From positions 17,484,001 through 17,548,000 of the forward strand of contig OZ059898.1 of assembly GCA_964057225.1 (NCBI GenBank): a DNA stretch of 64,000 bases, in the 5' to 3' direction. The notes under the pieces were generated by a model. The model saw only the letters and a list, made by a program, of their open reading frames with translations. It did no database searches and had not been told where the DNA came from. This document shows, one piece after another, positions 1-11,700 of this stretch (positions are counted from its first letter, which is position 1; each line of letters begins with the position of its first letter). Both the position numbers and the translations under genes were made by a program. Origin of the DNA: Auanema rhodensis. Lineage: Eukaryota; Animalia; Nematoda.

Positions 1-22
1 TGTCAAAATGTTTTTGGAAGCA

Positions 23-50
23 ATGTTGAGTGTACATGGAAACTCAACAT
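23..50. other. Inverted repeat in the monomer: 9-bp stem ATGTTGAGT / ACTCAACAT, 10-nt loop
   Basis: 23-31 is the exact reverse complement of 42-50. Present in most copies; A29T and T31C break it in some. Confidence 0.9.
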
Positions 51-124
51 ACACTAATGCATCATTTTTCAAACGATCATAACTAATTTTTGTATTAAGC
101 GTTTCTCAATGTAGTATAGTGCAT

Positions 125-191
125 TCGATGCGGATTTTTAAGCTGCGTCGATCTGTGTTATCAGATTTGCGCTAGCTTAAAAATGCACCGA
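125..191. other. Long imperfect inverted repeat in the monomer (potential hairpin or cruciform)
   Basis: ATTTTTAAGCT (134-144) pairs perfectly with AGCTTAAAAAT (174-184). Inner pairs: GCG(145-147)/CGC(170-172) and ATCTG(151-155)/CAGAT(162-166), loop TGTTAT. Outer extension: TCG.TGC(125-131)/GCA.CGA(185-191). Confidence 0.88.
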
Positions 192-201
192 GATATCAAC
201 T

Positions 202-223
202 GATATAAGTTCACACTTATATC
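202..223. other. Inverted repeat in the monomer: 9-bp stem GATATAAGT / ACTTATATC, 4-nt loop TCAC
   Basis: 202-210 is the exact reverse complement of 215-223. It overlaps a second dyad, ATATCA(193-198)/TGATAT(201-206). Confidence 0.9.
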
Positions 224-334
224 CTCGATTTTCACCCTGAAGAATTAATTTTTTCGTTGAATAACATTGTCCATCGTCTTTGCCTTGAAAAAAGGAATCT
301 AAAAACATCTACTTTTTGCTAAATTATTTTGTAA

Positions 335-346
335 TTTTTCGAAAAA
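335..346. other. 12-bp perfect palindrome TTTTTCGAAAAA within the A/T-tract end of the monomer
   Basis: Self-complementary. Often altered by C340T or G341A in other copies. Confidence 0.8.
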
Positions 347-3300
347 ATTTTTGTCAAAATGTTTTTGGAAGCAATGTTGAGTGTACATGGAAACTCAACA
401 TACACTAACGCATCATTTTTCAAACGATCATAACTAATTTTTGTATTAAGCGTTTCTCAATGTAGTATAGTGCATTCGATGCGGATTTTTAAGCTGCGTC
501 GATCTGTGTTATCAGATTTGCGCTAGCTTAAAAATGCACCGAGATATCAACTGATATAAGTTCACACTTATATCCTCGATTTTCACCCTGAAGAATTAAT
601 TTTTTCGTTGAATAACATTGTCCATCGTCTTTGCCTTGAAAAAAGGAATCTAAAAACATCTACTTTTTGCTAAATTATTTTGAAGTTTTTCGAAAAAATT
701 TTTGTCAAAATGTTTTTGGAAGCAATGTTGAGTGTACATGGAAACTCAACATACACTAATGCATCATTTTTCAAACGATCATAACTAATTTTTGTATTAA
801 GCTTTTCTCAATGTAGTATAGTGCATTCGATGCGGATTTTTAAGCTGCGTCGATCTGTGTTATCAGATTTGCGCTAGCTTAAAAATGCACCGAGATATCA
901 ACTGATATAAGTTCACACTTATATCCTCGATTTTCACCCTGAAGAATTAATTTTTTCGTTGAATAACATTGTCCATCGTCTTTGCCTTGAAAAAAGGAAT
1001 CTAAAAACATCTACTTTTTGCTAAATTATTTTGAAGTTTTTTGAAAAAATTTTTGTCAAAATGTTTTTGGAAGCAATGTTGAGTGTACATGGAAACTCAA
1101 CATACACTAATGCATCATTTTTCAAACGATCATAACTAATTTTTGTATTAAGCGTTTCTCAATGTAGTATAGTGCATTCGATGCGGATTTTTAAGCTGCG
1201 TCGATCTGTGTTATCAGATTTGCGCTAGCTTAAAAATGCACCGAGATATCAACTGATATAAGTTCACACTTATATCCTCGATTTTCACCCTGAAGAATTA
1301 ATTTTTTCGTTGAATAACATTGTCCATCGTCTTTGCCTTGAAAAAAGGAATCTAAAAACATCTACTTTTTGCTAAATTATTTTGTAATTTTTCGAAAAAA
1401 TTTTTGTCAAAATGTTTTTGGAAGCAATGTTGAGTGTACATGGAAACTCAACATACACTAACGCATCATTTTTCAAACGATCATAACTAATTTTTGTATT
1501 AAGCGTTTCTCAATGTAGTATAGTGCATTCGATGCGGATTTTTAAGCTGCGTCGATCTGTGTTATCAGATTTGCGCTAGCTTAAAAATGCACCGAGATAT
1601 CAACTGATATAAGTTCACACTTATATCCTCGATTTTAACCCTGAAGAATTAATTTTTTCGTTGAATAACATTGTCCATCGTCTTTGCCTTGAAAAAAGGA
1701 ATCTAAAAACATCTACTTTTTGCTAAATTATTTTGAAATTTTTCGAAAAAATTTTTGTCAAAATGTTTTTGGAAGCAATGTTGAGTGAACATGGAAACTC
1801 AACATACACTAATGCATCATTTTTCAAACAATCATAACTAATTTTTGTATTAAGCGTTTCTCAATGTAGTATAGTGCATTTGATGCGGATTTTTAAGCTG
1901 CGTCGATCTGTGTTATCAGATTTGCGCTAGCTTAAAAATGCACCGAGATATCAACTGATATAAGTTCACACTTATATCCTCGATTTTCACCCTGAAGAAA
2001 TAATTTTTTCGTTGAATAACATTGTCCATCGTCTTCGCCTTGAAAAAAGGAATCTAAAAACATCTACTTTTTGCTAAATTATTTTGAAGTTTTTCGAAAA
2101 AATTTTTGTCAAAATGTTTTTGGAAGCAATGTTGAGTGTACATGGAAACTCAACATACACTAATGCATCATTTTTCAAACGATCATAACTAATTTTTGTA
2201 TTAAGCGTTTCTCAATGTAGTATAGTGCATTCGATGCGGAATTTTAAGCTGCGTCGATCTGTGTTATCAGATTTGCGCTAGCTTAAAAATGCACCGAGAT
2301 ATCAACTGATATAAGTTCACAATTATATCCTCGATTTTCACCCTGAAGAAATAATTTTTTCGTTGAATAACATTGTCCATCGTCTTTGCCTTGAAAAAAG
2401 GAATCTAAAAACATCTACTTTTTGCTAAATTATTTTGAAGTTTTTTGAAAAAATTTTTGTCAAAATGTTTTTGGAAGCAATGTTGAGTGTACATGGAAAC
2501 TCAACATACACTAATGCATCATTTTTCAAACGATCATAACTAATTTTTGTATTAAGCGTTTCTCAATGTAGTATAGTGCATTCGATGCGGATTTTTAAGC
2601 TGCGTCGATCTGTGTTATGAGATTTGCGCTAGCTTAAAAATGCACCGAGATATCAACTGATATAAGTTCACACTTATATCCTCGATTTTCACCCTGAAGA
2701 ATTAATTTTTTCGTTGAATAACATTGTTCATCGTCTTTGCCTTGAAAAAAGGAATCTAAAAACATCTACTTTTTGCTAAATTATTTTGAAATTTTTCGAA
2801 AAAATTTTTGTCAAAATGTTTTTGGAAGCAATGTTGAGTGAACATGGAAACTCAACATACACTAATGCATCATTTTTCAAACAATCATAACTAATTTTTG
2901 TATCAAGCGTTTCTCAATGTAGTATAGTGCATTCGATGTGGATTTTTAAGCTGCGTCGATCTGTGTTATCAGATTTGCGCTAACTTAAAAATGCACCGAG
3001 ATATCAACTGATATAAGTTCACACTTATATCCTCGATTTTCACCCTGAAGAAATAATTTTTTCGTTGAATAACATTGTCCATCGTCTTTGCCTTGAAAAA
3101 AGGAATCTAAAAACATCTACTTTTTGCTAAATTATTCTGAAATTTTTCGAAAAAATTTTTGTCAAAATGTTTTTGGAAGCAATGTTGAGTGTACATGGAA
3201 ACTCAACATACACTAATGCATCATTTTTCAAACGATCATAACTAATTTCTGTATTAAGCGTTTCGCAATGTAGCATAGTGCATTCGATGCGGATTTTTAA

Positions 3301-4212
3301 GCTGCGTCGATCTGTGTTATCAGATTTGCGCTAGCTTAAAAATGCACCGAGATATCAATTGATATAAGTTCACACTTATATCCTCGATTTTCACCCTGAA
3401 GAATTAATTTTTTCGTTGAATAACATTGTCCATCGTCTTTGCCTTGAAAAAAGGAATCTAAAAACATCTACTTTTTGCTAAATTATTTTGAAATTTTTCG
3501 AAAAAATTTTTGTCAAAATGTTTTTGGAAGCAATGTTGAGTGTACATGGAAACTCAACATACACTAATGCATCATTTTTCAAACGATCATAACTAATTTT
3601 TGTATTAAGCGTTTCTCAATGTAGTATAGTGCATTCGATGCGGATTTTTAAGCTGCGTCGATCTGTGTTATCAGATTTGCGCTAGCTTAAAAATGCACCG
3701 AGATATCAACTGATATAAGTTCACACTTATATCCTCGATTTTCACCCTGAAGAAATAATTTTTTCGTTGAATTACATTGTCCATCGTCTTTGCCTTGAAA
3801 AAAGGAATCTAAAAACATCTACTTTTTGCTAAATTATTCTGAAATTTTTCGAAAAAATTTTTGTCAAAATGTTTTTGGAAGCAATGTTGAGTGTACATGG
3901 AAACTCAACATACACTAATGCATCATTTTTCAAACGATCATAACTAATTTCTGTATTAAGCGTTTCGCAATGTAGCATAGTGCATTCGATGCGGATTTTT
4001 AAGCTGCGTCGATCTGTGTTATGAGATTTGCGCTAGCTTAAAAATGCACCGAGATATCAACTGATATAAGTTCACACTTATATCCTCGATTTTCACCCTG
4101 AAGAATTAATTTTTTCGTTGAATAACATTGTCCATCGTCTTTGCCTTGAAAAAAGGAATCTAAAAACATCTACTTTTTGCTAAATTATTTTGAAATTTTT
4201 CGAAAAAATTTT

Positions 4213-7200
4213 TGTCAAAATGTTTTTGGAAGCAATGTTGAGTGTACATGGAAACTCAACATACACTAATGCATCATTTTTCAAACGATCATAACAAATT
4301 TTTGTATTAAGCGTTTCTCAATGTAGTATAGTGCATTCGATGCGGATTTTTAAGCTGCGTCGATCTGTGTTATGAGATTTGCGCTAGCTTAAAAATGCAC
4401 CGAGATATCAACTGATATAAGTTCACACTTATATCCTCGATTTTCACCCTGAAGAATTAATTTTTTCGTTGAATAACATTGTCCATCGTTTTTGCTTTGA
4501 AAAAAGGAATCTAAAAACATCTACTTTTTGCTAAATTATTTTGAAATTTTTCGAAAAAATTTTTGTCAAAATGTTTTTGGAAGCAATGTTGAGTGTACAT
4601 GGAAACTCAACATACACTAATGCATCATTTTTCAAACGATCATAACTAATTTTTGTATCAAGCGTTTCTCAATGTAGTATAGTGCATTCGATGCGGATTT
4701 TTAAGCCGCGTCGATCTGTGTTATCAGATTTGCGCTAGCTTAAAAATGCACCGAGATATCAATTGATATAAGTTCACACTTATATCCTCGATTTTCACCC
4801 TGAAGAATTAATTTTTTCGTTGAATAACATTGTCCATCGTTTTTGCTTTGAAAAAAGGAATCTAAAAACATCTACTTTTTGCTAAATTATTTTGAAATTT
4901 TTCGAAAAAATTTTTGTCAAAATGTTTTTGGAAGCAATGTTGAGTGTACATGGAAACTCAACATACACTAATGCAGCATTTTTCAAACGATCATAACTAA
5001 TTTCTGTATTAAGCGTTTCTCAATGTAGTATAGTGCATTCGCTGCGGAATTTTAAGCTGCGTCGATCTGTGTTATCAGATTTGCGCTAGCTTAAAAATGC
5101 ACCGAGATATCAACTGATATAAGTTCACAATTATATCCTCGATTTTCACCCTGAAGAAATAATTTTTTCGTTGAATAACATTGTCCATCGTCTTTGCCTT
5201 GAAAAAAGGAATCTAAAAACGTCTACTTTTTGCTAAATTATTTTGAAGTTTTTTGAAAAAATTTTTGTCAAAATGTTTTTGGAAGCAATGTTGAGTGTAC
5301 ATGGAAACTCAACATACACTAATGCATCATTTTTCAAACGATCATAACTAATTTTTGTATTAAGCGTTTCTCAATGTAGTATAGTGCATTCGATGCGGAT
5401 TTTTAAGCTGCGTCGATCTGTGTTATGAGATTTGCGCTATCTTAAAAATGCACCGAGATATCAACTGATATAAGTTCACACTTATATCCTCGATTTTCAC
5501 CCTGAAGAATTAATTTTTTCGTTGAATAACATTGTCCATCGTCTTTGCCTTGAAAAAAGGAATCTAAAAACATCTACTTTTTGCTAAATTATTTTGAAAT
5601 TTTTCGAAAAAATTTTTGTCAAAATGTTTTTGGAAGCAATGTTGAGTGTACATGGAAACTCAACATACACTAATGCATCATTTTTCAAACGATCATAACA
5701 AATTTTTGTATTAAGCGTTTCTCAATGTAGTATAGTGCATTCGATGCGGATTTTTAAGCTGCGTCGATCTGTGTTATGAGATTTGCGCTAGCTTAAAAAT
5801 GCACCGAGATATCAACTGATATAAGTTCACACTTATATCCTCGATTTTCACCCTGAAGAATTAATTTTTTCGTTGAATAACATTGTCCATCGTTTTTGCT
5901 TTGAAAAAAGGAATCTAAAAACATCTACTTTTTGCTAAATTATTTTGAAATTTTTCGAAAAAATTTTTGTCAAAATGTTTTTGGAAGCAATGTTGAGTGT
6001 ACATGGAAACTCAACATACACTAATGCATCATTTTTCAAACGATCATAACTAATTTTTGTATCAAGCGTTTCTCAATGTAGTATAGTGCATTCGATGCGG
6101 ATTTTTAAGCCGCGTCGATCTGTGTTATCAGATTTGCGCTAGCTTAAAAATGCACCGAGATATCAATTGATATAAGTTCACACTTATATCCTCGATTTTC
6201 ACCCTGAAGAATTAATTTTTTCGTTGAATAACATTGTCCATCGTTTTTGCTTTGAAAAAAGGAATCTAAAAACATCTACTTTTTGCTAAATTATTTTGAA
6301 ATTTTTCGAAAAAATTTTTGTCAAAATGTTTTTGGAAGCAATGTTGAGTGTACATGGAAACTCAACATACACTAATGCAGCATTTTTCAAACGATCATAA
6401 CTAATTTCTGTATTAAGCGTTTCTCAATGTAGTATAGTGCATTCGCTGCGGAATTTTAAGCTGCGTCGATCTGTGTTATCAGATTTGCGCTAGCTTAAAA
6501 ATGCACCGAGATATCAACTGATATAAGTTCACAATTATATCCTCGATTTTCACCCTGAAGAAATAATTTTTTCGTTGAATAACATTGTCCATCGTCTTTG
6601 CCTTGAAAAAAGGAATCTAAAAACATCTACTTTTTGCTAAATTATTTTGAAGTTTTTTGAAAAAATTTTTGTCAAAATGTTTTTGGAAGCAATGTTGAGT
6701 GTACATGGAAACTCAACATACACTAATGCATCATTTTTCAAACGATCATAACTAATTTTTGTATTAAGCGTTTCTCAATGTAGTATAGTGCATTCGATGC
6801 GGATTTTTAAGCTGCGTCGATCTGTGTTATCAGATTTGCGCTAGCTTAAAAATGCACCGAGATATCAACTGATATAAGTTCACACTTATATCCTCGATTT
6901 TCACCCTGAAGAATTAATTTTTTCGTTGAATAACATTGTCCATCGTCTTTGCCTTGAAAAAAGGAATCTAAAAACATCTACTTTTTGCTAAATTATTTTG
7001 AAATTTTTCGAAAAAATTTTTGTCAAAATGTTTTTGGAAGCAATGTTGAGTGTACATGGAAACTCAACATACACTAATGCATCATTTTTCAAACGATCAT
7101 AACAAATTTTTGTATTAAGCGTTTCTCAATGTAGTATAGTGCATTCGATGCGGATTTTTAAGCTGCGTCGATCTGTGTTATGAGATTTGCGCTAGCTTAA

Positions 7201-8775
7201 AAATGCACCGAGATATCAACTGATATAAGTTCACACTTATATCCTCGATTTTCACCCTGAAGAATTAATTTTTTCGTTGAATAACATTGTCCATCGTTTT
7301 TGCTTTGAAAAAAGGAATCTAAAAACATCTACTTTTTGCTAAATTATTTTGAAATTTTTCGAAAAAATTTTTGTCAAAATGTTTTTGGAAGCAATGTTGA
7401 GTGTACATGGAAACTCAACATACACTAATGCATCATTTTTCAAACGATCATAACTAATTTTTGTATCAAGCGTTTCTCAATGTAGTATAGTGCATTCGAT
7501 GCGGATTTTTAAGCCGCGTCGATCTGTGTTATCAGATTTGCGCTAGCTTAAAAATGCACCGAGATATCAATTGATATAAGTTCACACTTATATCCTCGAT
7601 TTTCACCCTGAAGAATTAATTTTTTCGTTGAATAACATTGTCCATCGTTTTTGCTTTGAAAAAAGGAATCTAAAAACATCTACTTTTTGCTAAATTATTT
7701 TGAAATTTTTCGAAAAAATTTTTGTCAAAATGTTTTTGGAAGCAATGTTGAGTGTACATGGAAACTCAACATACACTAATGCAGCATTTTTCAAACGATC
7801 ATAACTAATTTCTGTATTAAGCGTTTCTCAATGTAGTATAGTGCATTCGCTGCGGAATTTTAAGCTGCGTCGATCTGTGTTATCAGATTTGCGCTAGCTT
7901 AAAAATGCACCGAGATATCAACTGATATAAGTTCACAATTATATCCTCGATTTTCACCCTGAAGAAATAATTTTTTCGTTGAATAACATTGTCCATCGTC
8001 TTTGCCTTGAAAAAAGGAATCTAAAAACATCTACTTTTTGCTAAATTATTTTGAAGTTTTTTGAAAAAATTTTTGTCAAAATGTTTTTGGAAGCAATGTT
8101 GAGTGTACATGGAAACTCAACATACACTAATGCATCATTTTTCAAACGATCATAACTAATTTTTGTATTAAGCGTTTCTCAATGTAGTATAGTGCATTCG
8201 ATGCGGATTTTTAAGCTGCGTCGATCTGTGTTATGAGATTTGCGCTAGCTTAAAAATGCACCGAGATATCAACTGATATAAGTTCACACTTATATCCTCG
8301 ATTTTCACCCTGAAGAATTAATTTTTTCGTTGAATAACATTGTCCATCGTCTTTGCCTTGAAAAAAGGAATCTAAAAACATCTACTTTTTGCTAAATTAT
8401 TTTGAAATTTTTCGAAAAAATTTTTGTCAAAATGTTTTTGGAAGCAATGTTGAGTGTACATGGAAACTCAACATACACTAATGCATCATTTTTCAAACGA
8501 TCATAACAAATTTTTGTATTAAGCGTTTCTCAATGTAGTATAGTGCATTCGATGCGGATTTTTAAGCTGCGTCGATCTGTGTTATGAGATTTGCGCTAGC
8601 TTAAAAATGCACCGAGATATCAACTGATATAAGTTCACACTTATATCCTCGATTTTCACCCTGAAGAATTAATTTTTTCGTTGAATAACATTGTCCATCG
8701 TTTTTGCTTTGAAAAAAGGAATCTAAAAACATCTACTTTTTGCTAAATTATTTTGAAATTTTTCGAAAAAATTTT
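4213..8775. repeat. 4-mer higher-order repeat A (1404 bp), about 3.25 copies (monomers 13-25)
   Basis: T144C (AAGCCGCG) at 4707, 6111 and 7515, spacing 1404. The T62G/A128C/T135A/C216A monomer recurs at 4915, 6319 and 7723. The T84A/C162G/C278T/C284T monomer recurs at 4213, 5617, 7021 and 8425. Confidence 0.9.
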
Positions 8776-11700
8776 TGTCAAAATGTTTTTGGAAGCAATG
8801 TTGAGTGTACATGGAAACTCAACATACACTAATGCATCATATTTCAAACGATCATAACTAATTTTTGTATCAAGCGTTTCTCAATGTAGTATAGTGCATT
8901 CGATGCGGATTTTTAAGCTGCGTCGATCTGTGTTATCAGATTTGCGCTAGCTTAAAAATGCACCGAGATATCAATTGATATAAGTTCACACTTATATCCT
9001 CGATTTTCACCCTGAAGAATTAATTTTTTCGTTGAATAACATTGTCCATCGTCTTTGCCTTGAAAAAAGGAATCTAAAAACATCTACTTTTTGCTAAATT
9101 ATTTTGAAGTTTTTTGAAAAAATTTTTGTCAAAATGTTTTTGGAAGCAATGTTGAGTGTACATGGAAACTCAACATACACTAATGCATCATTTTTCAAAC
9201 GATCATAACTAATTTTTGTATTAAGCGTTTCTCAATGTAGTATAGTGCATTCGATGCGGATTTTTAAGCTGCGTCGATCTGTGTTATGAGATTTGCGCTA
9301 GCTTAAAAATGCACCGAGATATCAACTGATATAAGTTCACACTTATATCCTCGATTTTCACCCTGAAGAATTAATTTTTTCGTTGAATAACATTGTCCAT
9401 CGTCTTTGCCTTGAAAAAAGGAATCTAAAAACATCTACTTTTTGCTAAATTATTTTGAAATTTTTCGAAAAAATTTTTGTCAAAATGTTTTTGGAAGCAA
9501 TGTTGAGTGAACATGGAAACTCAACATACACTAATGCATCATTTTTCAAACAATCATAACTAATTTTTGTATCAAGCGTTTCTCAATGTAGTATAGTGCA
9601 TTCGATGCGGATTTTTAAGCTGCGTCGATCTGTGTTATCAGATTTGTGCTAACTTAAAAATGCACCGAGATATCAACTGATATAAGTTCACACTTATATC
9701 CTCGATTTTCACCCTGAAGAAATAATTTTTTCGTTGAATAACATTGTCCATCGTCTTTGCCTTGAAAAAAGGAATCTAAAAACATCTACTTTTTGCTAAA
9801 TTATTCTGAAATTTTTTGAAAAAATTTTTGTCAAAATGTTTTTGGAAGCAATGTTGAGTGTACATGGAAACTCAACATACACTAATGCATCATTTTTCAA
9901 ACGATCATAACTAATTTCTGTATTAAGCGTTTCGCAATGTAGTATAGTGCATTCGATGCGGATTTTTAAGCTGCGTCGATCTGTGTTATGAGATTTGCGC
10001 TAGCTTAAAAATGCACCGAGATATCAACTGATATAAGTTCACACTTATATCCTCGATTTTCACCCTGAAGAATTAATTTTTTCGTTGAATAACATTGTCC
10101 ATCGTCTTTGCCTTGAAAAAAGGAATCTAAAAACATCTACTTTTTGCTAAATTATTTTGAAATTTTTTGAAAAAATTTTTGTCAAAATGTTTTTGGAAGC
10201 AATGTTGAGTGTACATGGAAACTCAACATACACTAATGCATCATTTTTCAAACGATCATAACAAATTTTTGTATTAAGCGTTTCTCAATGTAGTATAGTG
10301 CATTCGATGCGGATTTTTAAGCTGCGTCGATCTGTGTTATCAGATTTGCGCTAGCTTAAAAATGCACCGAGATATCAATTGATATAAGTTCACACTTATA
10401 TCCTCGATTTTCACCCTGAAGAAATAATTTTTTCGTTGAATAACATTGTCCATCGTCTTTGCCTTGAAAAAAGGAATCTAAAAACATCTACTCTTTGCTA
10501 AATTATTCTGAAATTTTTCAAAAAAATTTTTGTCAAAATGTTTTTGGAAGCAATGTTGAGTGTACATGGAAACTCAACATACACTAATGCAGCATTTTTC
10601 AAACGATCATAACTAATTTCTGTATTAAGCGTTTCTCAATGTAGTATAGTGCATTCGCTGCGGAATTTTAAGCTGCGTCGATCTGTGTTATCAGATTTGC
10701 GCTAGCTTAAAAATGCACCGAGATATCAACTGATATAAGTTCACAATTATATCCTCGATTTTCACCCTGAAGAAATAATTTTTTCGTTGAATAACATTGT
10801 CCATCGTCTTTGCCTTGAAAAAAGGAATCTAAAAACATCTACTTTTTGCTAAATTATTTTGAAGTTTTTTGAAAAAATTTTTGTCAAAATGTTTTTGGAA
10901 GCAATGTTGAGTGTACATGGAAACTCAACATACACTAATGCATCATTTTTCAAACGATCATAACTAATTTCTGTATTAAGCGTTTCGCAATGTAGTATAG
11001 TGCATTCGATGCGGATTTTTAAGCTGCGTCGATCTGTGTTATCAGATTTGTGCTAACTTAAAAATGCACCGAGATATCAACTGATATAAGTTCACACTTA
11101 TATCCTCGATTTTCACCCTGAAGAAATAATTTTTTCGTTGAATAACATTGTCCATCGTCTTTGCCTTGAAAAAAGGAATCTAAAAACATCTACTTTTTGC
11201 TAAATTATTCTGAAATTTTTTGAAAAAATTTTTGTCAAAATGTTTTTGGAAGCAATGTTGAGTGTACATGGAAACTCAACATACACTAATGCATCATTTT
11301 TCAAACGATCATAACTAATTTCTGTATTAAGCGTTTCGCAATGTAGTATAGTGCATTCGATGCGGATTTTTAAGCTGCGTCGATCTGTGTTATCAGATTT
11401 GTGCTAACTTAAAAATGCACCGAGATATCAACTGATATAAGTTCACACTTATATCCTCGATTTTCACCCTGAAGAAATAATTTTTTCGTTGAATAACATT
11501 GTCCATCGTCTTTGCCTTGAAAAAAGGAATCTAAAAACATCTACTTTTTGCTAAATTATTTTGAAATTTTTCGAAAAAATTTTTGTCAAAATGTTTTTGG
11601 AAGCAATGTTGAGTGAACATGGAAACTCAACATACACTAATGCATCATTTTTCAAACAATCATAACTAATTTTTGTATCAAGCGTTTCTCAATGTAGTAT

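Larger units (their letters stand above)
1..351. repeat. Reference monomer (351 bp; start point is arbitrary and set by the window edge)
   Basis: The unit restarts at 352. About 31% GC, 12 CpGs, and many A/T homopolymer tracts, especially at 288-351. Confidence 0.98.

Noticed and set aside
151-176. Helitron-like 3' end (hairpin followed by CTAG)
   Set aside because: CTAG at 172-175 sits within the larger stem and is followed by C rather than T. There is no matching 5' end or insertion site in the window.
252-268. CENP-B box-like motif TTTCGTTGAATAACATT
   Set aside because: It matches 10/17 of YTTCGTTGGAARCGGGA, including TTCG and the central A, but lacks the essential CGGG. It is not a canonical box.
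283-317. Rho-independent terminator or bacterial promoter motifs
   Set aside because: The stems are short and AT-rich and there is no associated gene. Such matches are expected by chance in a roughly 69% AT satellite.
1-351. Tandem RNA gene cluster (5S rRNA, tRNA, snRNA or spliced-leader repeat)
   Set aside because: The unit size is compatible, but I find no 5S sequence, tRNA cloverleaf or B box, or recognisable snRNA or spliced-leader sequence. An Infernal/Rfam scan would settle it.
1-351. Long repetitive protein, since 351 bp = 117 codons keeps frame between units
   Set aside because: The ORF track shows only two short ORFs in 64 kb, and the consensus frames I checked contain stops. Divisibility by three appears coincidental.
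1-351. Monomer as an ancient dimer of about 176-bp halves
   Set aside because: No convincing similarity between the halves by eye, only short matches such as AATGCA. A self-alignment would be needed.
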